Source of the DNA: Candidatus Hydrogenedentota bacterium
GTDB taxonomy: Bacteria; Hydrogenedentota; Hydrogenedentia; Hydrogenedentales; SLHB01
Direction: 5' to 3'
Assembly: GCA_034408725.1 (NCBI GenBank)
Contig: JAWXCN010000099.1
Span: forward strand, 1 to 17,571
Length of the DNA stretch: 17,571 nt
Under the pieces are notes generated by a model that was not told where the DNA came from, did not search any database, and was given only the letters and a program-made list of their open reading frames with translations. Below, one piece after another: positions 1 to 7,885 of the stretch (positions are counted from its first letter, which is position 1; every line of letters starts with the position of its first letter). Position numbers and translations under genes: made by a program.

Positions 1-1245
1 ATCCTGCAAGAAGCGCAGGACGCGGCGCATTGGGGCATCACGTATCCAAAACCACAGATCGATCTCGACAAGATGCGCGCAAGCAAGGACGCGGTCGTCG
101 CCAAAATGACGGGCGGGTTGGGGCAACTTTGCAAGGCGCGCAAAGTAAAGTATATCCAGGGCCGCGCAAACTTCGAGGACTCGACCTCGATCAAGATCAC
201 GGCGAACGACGGCGCGGAACAACAGATCACGACCGACTACTCCATTCTCGCATCGGGCTCGCGACCCGCGACGTTGCCGGACTTGTTCATCGAATCCGAT
301 CGCGTGATGAATTCGACGACGGCATTGCAATTGAACGACGTGCCAAAGTCGTTGCTCGTCGTCGGCGGCGGCTATATCGGGTTGGAGCTCGGCTCGGTGT
401 ACGCCGCGCTGGGATCGAAAGTCACCGTCGTCGAGATGACGCCCACCCTGCTTCCGGGCGCGGACGAAGACCTTGTAACAGTGCTCGCCCAGCGCCTGGG
501 AACAATGTTCGCCGGCATTCACCTGAACACCAAGGTCCTCCGCGTTGAAGAACAGAAGAACCATATCGCGGTCACCCTGGAATCGGCGGACGGGAAGCCG
601 CGCAAGGAAAACTACGATAAAGTCCTCGTCAGCATCGGGCGCAAACCCAATTCGAGCGGACTGGGGCTCAACAATACGAAAGTAGAAATCGACGCGCGCG
701 GCTTCGTGGAAGTCGATGCGCAACGACGCACGGCGGATGCCGCAATCTTTGCAATCGGAGACGTTGCCGGCGAACCCATGCTCGCGCACAAAGCGTCGCA
801 CGAAGGCCGCGTGGCCGCGGAGGTGATCGCGGGGCACATCACAGCGTTTGAACCGCTCGCGATTCCGGCGGTCGTCTTTACGAATCCGGAAATTGCGTGG
901 TGCGGCATCACGGAACAACAAGCGAAAAAGGAAAAACGAAAAGTGTCCGTTGCGCGGTTCCCCTGGTCCGCATCCGGTCGCGCAAGCACCTTGCACCGGA
1001 ACGACGGGCTCACCAAAATGATCGTCGATCCCGAATCGAATCTTGTGCTCGGTATGGGTATCGTCGGCTCCGGCGCCGGCGAACTCATTTCACAGGGAGT
1101 CGTCGCCATTGAAATGGGCGCGACCGCAATGGATGTGGGTCTTTCGATTCATCCGCATCCTACGCTAAGCGAAACTATCATGGAATCGGCCGACCTTATT
1201 TTCGGAAACGCCACGCACCTGCACCGTCCGAAGAAAAAAGAATAG
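1..1245 (+). CDS. lpdA: Dihydrolipoamide dehydrogenase (E3), 5'-truncated by the window edge
   Basis: Frame is open from base 1 (ILQEAQDAAHWGITYPKPQIDLDKMR...). Contains the NAD-binding VVGGGYIGLELG, IFAIGDVAGEPMLAHKA and the C-terminal catalytic HPHPTLSE motif. The N-terminal FAD/redox-disulfide motif lies upstream of the window. Confidence 0.95.
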   Translation: MLQEAQDAAHWGITYPKPQIDLDKMRASKDAVVAKMTGGLGQLCKARKVKYIQGRANFEDSTSIKITANDGAEQQITTDYSILASGSRPATLPDLFIESDRVMNSTTALQLNDVPKSLLVVGGGYIGLELGSVYAALGSKVTVVEMTPTLLPGADEDLVTVLAQRLGTMFAGIHLNTKVLRVEEQKNHIAVTLESADGKPRKENYDKVLVSIGRKPNSSGLGLNNTKVEIDARGFVEVDAQRRTADAAIFAIGDVAGEPMLAHKASHEGRVAAEVIAGHITAFEPLAIPAVVFTNPEIAWCGITEQQAKKEKRKVSVARFPWSASGRASTLHRNDGLTKMIVDPESNLVLGMGIVGSGAGELISQGVVAIEMGATAMDVGLSIHPHPTLSETIMESADLIFGNATHLHRPKKKE

Positions 1246-1275
1246 CGCGCAAAATCTACACCTGCGTCATTCCCG

Positions 1276-4131
1276 TTACTTCAATACACCCTTCAAATGC
1301 TGTCCCGTGTACGAACTCTTCACCTTCGCTATCTGCTCCGGCGTTCCAGTGGCAATGATCTTCCCGCCGCGATCGCCGCCCTCCGGTCCAAGATCGATCA
1401 CCCAATCGGCGGTCTTGATCACGTCGAGATTATGCTCAATCACGAGCACCGTATTGCCCGACTCAACCAGCCGGTGCAAAACATGCAGTAACTTGTCAAC
1501 ATCGACCGCGTGCAGCCCTGTCGTGGGTTCATCGAGAATATAAAGCGTGCGGCCCGTCTGGCGCTTGGATAGTTCGGTGGCGAGCTTCACGCGTTGCGCC
1601 TCGCCTCCTGAGAGCGTCGTAGCGGCCTGACCGAGCTTCACATACCCCAAGCCAACTTCGTTCAATGTCACCAGCTTGTTGTATGCCATTGGCACATTCT
1701 TAAAAAACTCGCAGGCTTCCTCGACGGTCATGTCCAGCACATCGAAAATGTTTTTCCCCTTAAACCGCACTTCGAGCGTGTCCCGGTTATAGCGCATGCC
1801 CATGCACTCGTCACAGGGGACATACACATCGGGTAAGAAGTGCATTTCAATACGGATGACACCGTCGCCCTCGCAGTTTTCGCAGCGTCCCCCTTTGACG
1901 TTGAAGCTGAATCGTCCGGGCTTGTATCCACGCGCGCGCGCTTCCGGCACCATGCTGAACATGTCGCGAATCGGACCGAATAGCCCCGTATATGTCGCGG
2001 GATTCGAGCGCGGCGTGCGGCCAATCGGCGATTGGTCGATGTCGATGACCTTGTCGATATGCTGCAGGCCTTCGATCTTTGCATGTTTGCCCGGCTTCGC
2101 GCGGGCGGAGTCGTATACGGCGCGTTGCGCCGCGGGGTACAGCGTTTCGTTGATGAGGCTGGATTTTCCCGAACCGGATACTCCCGTGATACACGTAAAT
2201 ATTCCCAGCGGAAATGAGACTTTGACGTTCTTCAAATTGTTGTGTTGCGCGCCGGTGATGGCAATTGATTTGCCGTTCGACGCGCGGCGCGATTTCGGCG
2301 CGCGAATCTTGAAGGCGCCCGACAAGAACTTTCCGGTCCACGAGTTCTTCGCCTTCATCACCTGCCGAGGCGTGCCTTGGGCGACAATATGTCCGCCGTG
2401 TACACCTGCTCCAGGTCCCAGATCAATGACGTGGTCCGCGGTGCGAATGGTTTCTTCATCGTGTTCGACCACGATGACGGTGTTGCCGAGATCGCGCAGG
2501 CGCGTTAGCGTGCCGATGAGTTTTTGGTTGTCTCGCTGGTGCAGGCCGATGCTGGGCTCGTCAAGTATGTATAACACGCCCATGAGGCCCGCGCCGATCT
2601 GTGTGGCAAGACGGATGCGCTGCGATTCGCCTCCGGACAGCGTGCCCGCGTTGCGTTCCAGCGAAAGGTAATCAAGACCTACGTTAACCAGAAACCCAAG
2701 TCGTTCGCGTATTTCCTTGAGGATGCGCTCGGCGATCATCCGCTCCGTTTTCGAGAGGTCCATGTCACGGAAATACGCGAGCGCATCGCCAATCGCAAGA
2801 TGCGTTACATCGAGAATCGACTTGCCGCCCACGGTGACGGCGATGGATTCCGGGCGCAACCGCGCGCCTTTGCACGCAGGACAGGGTTTGGTCGACATGA
2901 ATTCGCTAATCATTTCGCGCGCGCGGGCGCTCTCGGTTTCCTTGTAGCGCCGTTCGAGATTGGGAATGACGCCCTCGAATGTCCGGGCCATTTCCACGGT
3001 TTTACGTTCGTTCGAGTACGAGAAATCGACGAGTTCTCCATCGGAGCCATAAAGAATTTTATGCTGCAAAGATTCCGGCAGCTTCTTCCACGGAGTCGCG
3101 GGATTCTGTTTGTAGTGCTTGACCACGCTCTTCAGCGCCCGCATGTACCACGCATCAAGCACCCGGCGAATGCTCCAGGGCCGCACCGCGCCGTCGTCAA
3201 TGGAGAGATCGACATCGGGCACCACGAGTTCCGGATCCACTTCAATCGTTGTGCCGAGGCCGGTGCATTCAGGGCAAGCGCCGTGCGGATTGTTGAACGA
3301 AAACATCCGCGGGGCCAGCTCCTCAAAACTGAGGCCGCAATCCACGCACGCAAAATGCTCGCTCTGAATCGTCTCCGTAACCTTTTTACCTGGTGACTCC
3401 TGCCAAATGCGCAAGATTCCTTCCGCAAGACGCAGGCACGTCTCCACGGAATCGGCGAGCCGGCGTCCTATTCCCTCTTTTACAACGAGGCGGTCTACGA
3501 CTACATCAATGTCGTGTTTTACGTACCGTTCGAGCTCGATCTTCTCGTCAACCGTCCGGAACTCGCCATTGACGCGTATTCGCGTGTAGCCTTGCCGTTT
3601 AATGTCATCGAAAACTTTCTGGTACGTGCCTTTGCGTTGGCGAATCAGCGGGGCGAGCAGTTGCACGCGCGTGCCTTCTGGAAGAGATTGAATCCCATCG
3701 ACGATCTGTTGGGCTGACTGCGCCTGAATCGGCTTTCCGCAGTTGTAGCAGTGTGGTTTTCCAATTCTCGCGAAGAGCAGGCGCAGATAATCGTACACTT
3801 CGGTTACGGTGCCCACGGTTGAACGCGGGTTCCGGTGGGTTGTCTTTTGTTCAATCGAGATGGCCGGACTCAGCCCTTCGATGTAATCGAGATCAGGCTT
3901 GTCCATCTGTTCGAGAAACTGGCGCGCATACGCCGACAGGCTTTCGACGTAACGGCGCTGCCCTTCCGCATAGATTGTGTCGAATGCGAGACTGGACTTG
4001 CCCGAACCGCTAAGCCCCGTAATCACGACAAGTTTGTCGCGCGGAATGGTGATATCAATGTTTTTCAAATTGTGTTCGCGGGCGCCGCGAATCACGATGG
4101 AATCCTGGACAATTTTTTTTATTTTGGACAT
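1276..4131 (-). CDS. uvrA: Excinuclease ABC subunit A, 951 aa
   Basis: [10 protein letters not shown] start, two Walker A motifs ([18 protein letters not shown]), ABC signatures [12 protein letters not shown] and [12 protein letters not shown], CxxC zinc-finger pairs, [11 protein letters not shown]. Confidence 0.99.
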   Translation of the reverse strand: MSKIKKIVQDSIVIRGAREHNLKNIDITIPRDKLVVITGLSGSGKSSLAFDTIYAEGQRRYVESLSAYARQFLEQMDKPDLDYIEGLSPAISIEQKTTHRNPRSTVGTVTEVYDYLRLLFARIGKPHCYNCGKPIQAQSAQQIVDGIQSLPEGTRVQLLAPLIRQRKGTYQKVFDDIKRQGYTRIRVNGEFRTVDEKIELERYVKHDIDVVVDRLVVKEGIGRRLADSVETCLRLAEGILRIWQESPGKKVTETIQSEHFACVDCGLSFEELAPRMFSFNNPHGACPECTGLGTTIEVDPELVVPDVDLSIDDGAVRPWSIRRVLDAWYMRALKSVVKHYKQNPATPWKKLPESLQHKILYGSDGELVDFSYSNERKTVEMARTFEGVIPNLERRYKETESARAREMISEFMSTKPCPACKGARLRPESIAVTVGGKSILDVTHLAIGDALAYFRDMDLSKTERMIAERILKEIRERLGFLVNVGLDYLSLERNAGTLSGGESQRIRLATQIGAGLMGVLYILDEPSIGLHQRDNQKLIGTLTRLRDLGNTVIVVEHDEETIRTADHVIDLGPGAGVHGGHIVAQGTPRQVMKAKNSWTGKFLSGAFKIRAPKSRRASNGKSIAITGAQHNNLKNVKVSFPLGIFTCITGVSGSGKSSLINETLYPAAQRAVYDSARAKPGKHAKIEGLQHIDKVIDIDQSPIGRTPRSNPATYTGLFGPIRDMFSMVPEARARGYKPGRFSFNVKGGRCENCEGDGVIRIEMHFLPDVYVPCDECMGMRYNRDTLEVRFKGKNIFDVLDMTVEEACEFFKNVPMAYNKLVTLNEVGLGYVKLGQAATTLSGGEAQRVKLATELSKRQTGRTLYILDEPTTGLHAVDVDKLLHVLHRLVESGNTVLVIEHNLDVIKTADWVIDLGPEGGDRGGKIIATGTPEQIAKVKSSYTGQHLKGVLK

Positions 4132-4286
4132 AGTCGCTTTGCAGCCGTTGGTTATTCCTGTAGTGCGCGGTGGCTTTCAGAGGAAGGGCATGGCAAAGGG
4201 ATGACCCTTGCAGAATGGTATTCGCCGAAAAGCACCGGAGACGTATTTTACCGGAAATGGCGGCCAAAGGCACACGGCCGATGCGC

Positions 4287-4292
4287 TACAAT
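4287..4292 (+). promoter_or_regulatory. Putative -10 hexamer TACAAT, 8 nt before ATG 4301 (leaderless-type)
   Basis: gcgcTACAATcgcagtacATG; no Shine-Dalgarno sequence between the hexamer and the start codon. Confidence 0.5.
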
Positions 4293-4300
4293 CGCAGTAC

Positions 4301-4867
4301 ATGGAAACCAAACCTGAAATCCGCGCCCGAATGCTCGCCCTGCGCCGCGCGCTCCCGGAAGCCGAAGCCTGTGAAAGGTCAGCCCGTGTGCGCGAGCAAG
4401 TATACAGGCTCGCGGAATTTCAACGCGCCACTCGCGTCTTCACCTACGTTTCCTCGAAAGTCCGCGAAGTGGACACACTCACTATCATCGCCGATCTCCT
4501 CTCCAGTGGCCGCGAAGTCGCGTGCCCCCATGTCGCATTGGATGGAGTGATGACTTGGCGCCGTATCCCTTCAATGTCCGCGCTCACTCCCGGAAAATTC
4601 GGGGTCCTCGAACCTGGGTCCGCCTGCGAACCAATCGAAGCGGATGCTTCCAGCGTCGTGCTTGTGCCGGGAATCGCTTTCACCATCTCCGGAGATCGGC
4701 TTGGCTATGGCAAAGGGTACTTCGACCGGTTCCTTGCGCGTTACCCTGGCGTATCCATCGGCCTCGCCTATGATCTGCAAGTTGTCCCCCAAATCCCGCG
4801 CGAACCTCATGACGTGCGGCTTCATATGCTCGTAACGGAATCGCAGAGCGTAATACCGTCCGTGTGA
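4301..4867 (+). CDS. 5-formyltetrahydrofolate cyclo-ligase (YgfA/MTHFS family)
   Basis: METKPEIRARMLALRRAL N-terminus, EVDT, VLVPGIAF...GDRLGYGKGYFDRFL and EPHDVRL family motifs. Start moved from the track's 4208 to ATG 4301, where the family-typical K..IR..M..R begins. Confidence 0.92.
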   Translation: METKPEIRARMLALRRALPEAEACERSARVREQVYRLAEFQRATRVFTYVSSKVREVDTLTIIADLLSSGREVACPHVALDGVMTWRRIPSMSALTPGKFGVLEPGSACEPIEADASSVVLVPGIAFTISGDRLGYGKGYFDRFLARYPGVSIGLAYDLQVVPQIPREPHDVRLHMLVTESQSVIPSV

Positions 4868-4947
4868 CAATTCACCAGCACTTGTCCCGGCTCCCGGCGT
4901 TGCGGTAGGGTCGAAGCAATTGCTGACCAGCGACAAAGGGGGGTGTC

Positions 4948-6210
4948 ATGCATCTTCGTTATCCATCGTTAGTATTGGCTCTCCTGTTCGGGCTTATGGC
5001 GCCATTGAATACACCGGGCCAAGTAACGGGATTTCTTGGCACGGGCGAAACCACGCACTTTCCCATTGGCTTCTACGAACTGCCACAAGGCGATGCCGCA
5101 CTACAGGCCATGGCAGATGCCGGGGCAAATCTTATTCGGTGCGGTTCCCGCGCAGACCTCGACCGGGCACAGCGCGCGGGAATGCACGGATGGGTGACGC
5201 TGCCGTTGCACGCAGGAGCGACCGATTCGCTTCGCACTCAAATCGAGGACGTCGTGGATCACCCCGCGCTCGCCATTTGGGAAGGGCCGGATGAAATCGT
5301 TTGGAACTTCACGGCGTTCAGCGGGCTCCACAAGTCGATGGGCGTCTACGAACACGCGGATGAATGGTGGCTTCAAACGCGCCGCTCCATCAAGTATTCC
5401 GAATCTAAAGCAGCCGAAATCATTCCGAACATGCGCGCGTCTGTCGAGCTTATTCGGTCTATCGATACAAAATCACGCCCGGTTTGGATGAACGAGGCGT
5501 TGCGTAGCGACGTGAAATTCGTGCGCCAATACCTTCCATTCATTGACATTGTCGGCTGCGATATCTATCCCGTGACCGGCAAGGAGCGGAAAATCGAACG
5601 CATGGCCGGCGCAACCGATCGCTGGGTACAGGCCGGCAAGGGAAAGCCCGTCTGGATGGTGATGCAGGCGTTTTCGTGGGACGAACTCGGAGAGGACTAC
5701 GTCGCACGGGGCACGGCCTACCCGAGTTTCGCCGAATCGCGATTCATGGCCTACGATGTCATTGCGCACGGCGCGAAGGGGATCATGTATTGGGGTTCAA
5801 CGTATCTCAAATCGGAAGACTTTCGCGGCTCGTTATACACGTTAATATCCGAACTGACAAGCCTGAACGCTTTCCTCGTCGCGCCGGACGAACCTGATGT
5901 GAAACTCCGATTGATCGAATTGACCGAGGAACTTCCGGGCTACGGCGTCGCCATGGCCGCACGGCGATCCGGCAGTGACTGGATGATTGCGTTGATCAAT
6001 GAAGATGCGATACCGCGCATGGCCGTTGAAGTCTCCGGCCTCGAAAGAATCGAAGGCCATGATCTCATGCTGCTCTACGGCGAAGAAACTGCCCGCGTGA
6101 CCGGCGGCGAAATCGTTGTCCGGTTGCAGCCGAAGGAAGTGAAAGTGTTTTCCACCTCGCGCGCATTCGAGTCGGCCCGCCGCGATCTACGTGAATATCA
6201 GGGGAAGTAG
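4948..6210 (+). CDS. Secreted hypothetical protein with a probable glycoside-hydrolase-like TIM barrel
   Basis: AAGGGGGG RBS, hydrophobic signal-peptide-like N-terminus, and motifs FPIGFY, HPALAIWEGPDE, DIVGCDIYP, KPVWMVMQ and AHGAKGIMYW resembling GH-A-like barrels. Family assignment is by eye only. Confidence 0.55.
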   Translation: MHLRYPSLVLALLFGLMAPLNTPGQVTGFLGTGETTHFPIGFYELPQGDAALQAMADAGANLIRCGSRADLDRAQRAGMHGWVTLPLHAGATDSLRTQIEDVVDHPALAIWEGPDEIVWNFTAFSGLHKSMGVYEHADEWWLQTRRSIKYSESKAAEIIPNMRASVELIRSIDTKSRPVWMNEALRSDVKFVRQYLPFIDIVGCDIYPVTGKERKIERMAGATDRWVQAGKGKPVWMVMQAFSWDELGEDYVARGTAYPSFAESRFMAYDVIAHGAKGIMYWGSTYLKSEDFRGSLYTLISELTSLNAFLVAPDEPDVKLRLIELTEELPGYGVAMAARRSGSDWMIALINEDAIPRMAVEVSGLERIEGHDLMLLYGEETARVTGGEIVVRLQPKEVKVFSTSRAFESARRDLREYQGK

Positions 6211-6305
6211 CTCAGGAAACGTCTAATTCTTGGTTTGGTCGAATACCCTTGAGGGCGGCGCGGTGAAGCTGGAACAAGATCATTCGTACTATTTTCGTAA
6301 ATCGG

Positions 6306-6314
6306 TGGTATCAT
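6306..6314 (+). promoter_or_regulatory. Putative extended -10 promoter (TGgTATCAT) for the micro-ORF pair
   Basis: TGnTATCAT lies 27 nt upstream of ATG 6342 in an AT-richer stretch; no convincing -35. Confidence 0.45.
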
Positions 6315-6341
6315 GAACAATCACCCGAAGGAGGTCTTTGC

Positions 6342-6440
6342 ATGAAGCACGTTAAAACGGTTTCGCAATCCAAACTTCCGAAGATGGCCGCGAAACCCCC
6401 GGCGCCCGCGAAAAAGCCGAAAAAAGTGAAGGTCGCGTAA
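6342..6440 (+). CDS. Small basic peptide 1, 32 aa: MKHVKTVSQSKLPKMAAKPPAPAKKPKKVKVA
   Basis: Strong RBS (GAAGGAGG, 6327-6334) 7 nt before the ATG; TAA at 6438-6440; paralogous to the next micro-ORF. Below the size cut-off of the ORF track. Confidence 0.8.
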   Translation: MKHVKTVSQSKLPKMAAKPPAPAKKPKKVKVA

Positions 6441-6467
6441 CCCGGTCACAACGAAGGAGCTAGTCGC

Positions 6468-6560
6468 TTGAAGCACGTCAAATTGATCTCGCAGGCGCAG
6501 TGGCCCAAAATGGCTGCCGCACCTCCGCCGCCTAAGAAGTTAAAGAAAGCGAAAGCGTAG
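6468..6560 (+). CDS. Small basic peptide 2, 30 aa: MKHVKLISQAQWPKMAAAPPPPKKLKKAKA (TTG start)
   Basis: RBS GAAGGAG (6453-6459) 8 nt before the TTG; TAG at 6558-6560. 12 of the first 17 residues are identical to peptide 1, with six synonymous codon differences among them. Confidence 0.78.
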   Translation: MKHVKLISQAQWPKMAAAPPPPKKLKKAKA

Positions 6561-6620
6561 GTTTCGCCATCGTGCTCGTAATACGATTTAGGGGGTAAAG
6601 GGCGCCGAACCTGGCGTCGC

Positions 6621-7358
6621 TTACTTCGCGAACGGGTCGTTGGCCGGGTCTTTGCTCCAGGTGTATTCGGTGCCTTTGGCGATTCCGTCGGCGGTTTGTT
6701 CGCCATACACCCTCGCGATTACTGCGAGCGCCATGTCGATGCCGGCCGACACGCCGGACGACGTCACAAACTTGCCGTCTTCGACCCAACGCGCCTTGGA
6801 CTGCCATTCGACTTTCGGGCCATTGCTGATGAGCAGGCTGTAGAATTCCTTGTTGCAGGTGGCCTTGTGTCCATCCAGGATGCCGGCCTTCGCGAGAATG
6901 GCGGACCCTGAACAAACTGAGAGGACGAGTTCCGCGGCGTCGCTGCGTTGTTTGAGAAATTCGTGGCACGCCGTATTTGTCAGTTGTTTGATCGTGCCCG
7001 CGCCGCCAGGGATCATGAGAATATCGACGTGGGGCGCATCGGCAAACCCGTAATCGGCAACGACCTTCGGTCCGGACCAGTTGCCAGCTTTATCGCTCAT
7101 CGTGCCGGATGCCACGGGGCCGGCTTCTTCGGCGATCATGATTACACGCAACCGCTCGGCGCCAACGCTGATAAACATTTCCACCGGGCCGAACACATCC
7201 AGCACCTCGAAACCCGGATACAGCACTACGCCAAGGGTCTTCGCCGAGTTCTGCTCCGTTCCGGACCGGTCCTGCGCGGCCGCCTGATATCCGGCGGCGC
7301 TGAAGAGCGCCAACACTATCGCTGCAATTGCGCGACGATAACCATATTGAAAAGCCAT
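6621..7358 (-). CDS. DJ-1/PfpI (ThiJ, InhA-like) family protein with N-terminal signal peptide
   Basis: GVVLYPGFEVLDVFGPVEMF, DILMIPGG, nucleophile elbow SVCSGS, RWVEDGKFVTSSGVSAGIDMAL; AAGGAAGGA RBS; hydrophobic leader ending in AAAQ. Confidence 0.9.
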   Translation of the reverse strand: MAFQYGYRRAIAAIVLALFSAAGYQAAAQDRSGTEQNSAKTLGVVLYPGFEVLDVFGPVEMFISVGAERLRVIMIAEEAGPVASGTMSDKAGNWSGPKVVADYGFADAPHVDILMIPGGAGTIKQLTNTACHEFLKQRSDAAELVLSVCSGSAILAKAGILDGHKATCNKEFYSLLISNGPKVEWQSKARWVEDGKFVTSSGVSAGIDMALAVIARVYGEQTADGIAKGTEYTWSKDPANDPFAK

Positions 7359-7396
7359 TGTGTGTCCTTCCTTTCCGCGTCTTTCCGCCGTGCAAC

Positions 7397-7432
7397 ATCA
7401 TACAACGATTTGTGCTCTGTATATACATACAG
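7397..7432 (-). promoter_or_regulatory. DJ-1 gene promoter: -10 TATGAT (7402-7397) with a palindromic operator CTGTATATACATACAG (7417-7432) over the -35 zone
   Basis: CTGT-N8-ACAG dyad containing the perfect palindrome TGTATATACA (7418-7427), positioned where the -35 element would fall. Confidence 0.55.
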
Positions 7433-7488
7433 TCGTATTCGACACAGGGCGCGCTCCAGTCCCCGAATAAACCGGCGTGACGCAAACA

Positions 7489-7639
7489 AAAGCGGCGCTG
7501 TCGGGAAACTGCGCTACGCGCGGCCGGTTGACGTCTAGAATCCGCGCGCAGCGCCTTGGAGTGCGGCAGCGGGTAGCTACCGCTTTCCATTTCCTGGGCA
7601 AGGCCGCTTCACACTTAAGCGCGATTGCACTGGTTTCGA
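7489..7639. repeat. REP/REPIN-like palindromic repeat, copy 1 (left arm partly degenerate)
   Basis: 7511-7607 matches 7724-7820 at 93 of 97 positions by hand alignment. Both copies begin AAAGCGGCGCTG and contain TTGGAGTGCGGCAGC...GCT(A/G)CCG(C/T)TTT. Confidence 0.85.
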
Positions 7640-7694
7640 TTCGCGTATCCTAAAGCCTCCAAATTTATTGGAGGATTTCGAGTACCCCGAAGTG

Positions 7695-7853
7695 AAAGCG
7701 GCGCTGACACGCCGCAGTCCAAGGCGCTACGCGCGGCCAGTTGACGTCTAGAATCCGCGCGCAGCGCCTTGGAGTGCGGCAGCGGGTAGCTGCCGTTTTC
7801 GATTTCCTGGGCAAGGCCGCCCCGCAATTAAACGCGATTGCTCTGGCATTCGA
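7695..7853. repeat. REP/REPIN-like palindromic repeat, copy 2 (complete inverted pair)
   Basis: GCCGCAGTCCAAGGCGCTACGCGCGG (7711-7736) and CCGCGCGCAGCGCCTTGGAGTGCGGC (7755-7780) are inverted repeats with 2 mismatches in 26 nt. Each arm also carries its own small hairpin. Confidence 0.85.
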
Positions 7854-7878
7854 CAGTTCCGCTCCCGCCCCGTATACT
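7850..7878 (+). promoter_or_regulatory. Putative sigma70 promoter TCGACA-N17-TATACT for the sugar transferase (leaderless-type)
   Basis: -35-like hexamer at 7850-7855 and -10 at 7873-7878; an in-frame GTG follows 7 nt later at 7886 with no SD. Confidence 0.55.
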
Positions 7879-7885
7879 TGTTGGT

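Noticed and set aside
4132-4300. Possible 6S RNA (ssrS), which often precedes the 5-formyl-THF cyclo-ligase gene
   Set aside because: Only short local hairpins are visible (e.g. AAGGG-ATGA-CCCTT, CGGCC...GGCCG), not a long rod with a central bubble, and a -10 sits directly before the cyclo-ligase ATG. An Rfam cmsearch would settle it.
1297-4317. Long antisense ORFs over uvrA (e.g. 1796..2671), and similar ones over alr, ftsK and the acyl-CoA dehydrogenase
   Set aside because: These are shadow ORFs expected from GC-rich codon bias opposite well-supported genes; they carry no motifs.
6446-6969. Track ORFs 6446..6706 (-) and 6532..6969 (+)
   Set aside because: They overlap the DJ-1 gene and the RBS-supported micro-ORF 2, and show no motif or SD.
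7656-7674. Hairpin CCTCCAA-ATTTA-TTGGAGG as an intrinsic terminator
   Set aside because: It lies between divergent genes and lacks a convincing poly-U tail on either strand.
7489-7853. CRISPR array, or short ORFs (7090..7590, 7398..7601, 7615..7827, 7665..7928, 7748..8029) sharing YPLPHSKALRADSRRQ or ATRCRTPRRCAR peptides
   Set aside because: There are only two long units with an identical internal spacer and no cas genes. The shared peptides are translations of the DNA repeat.
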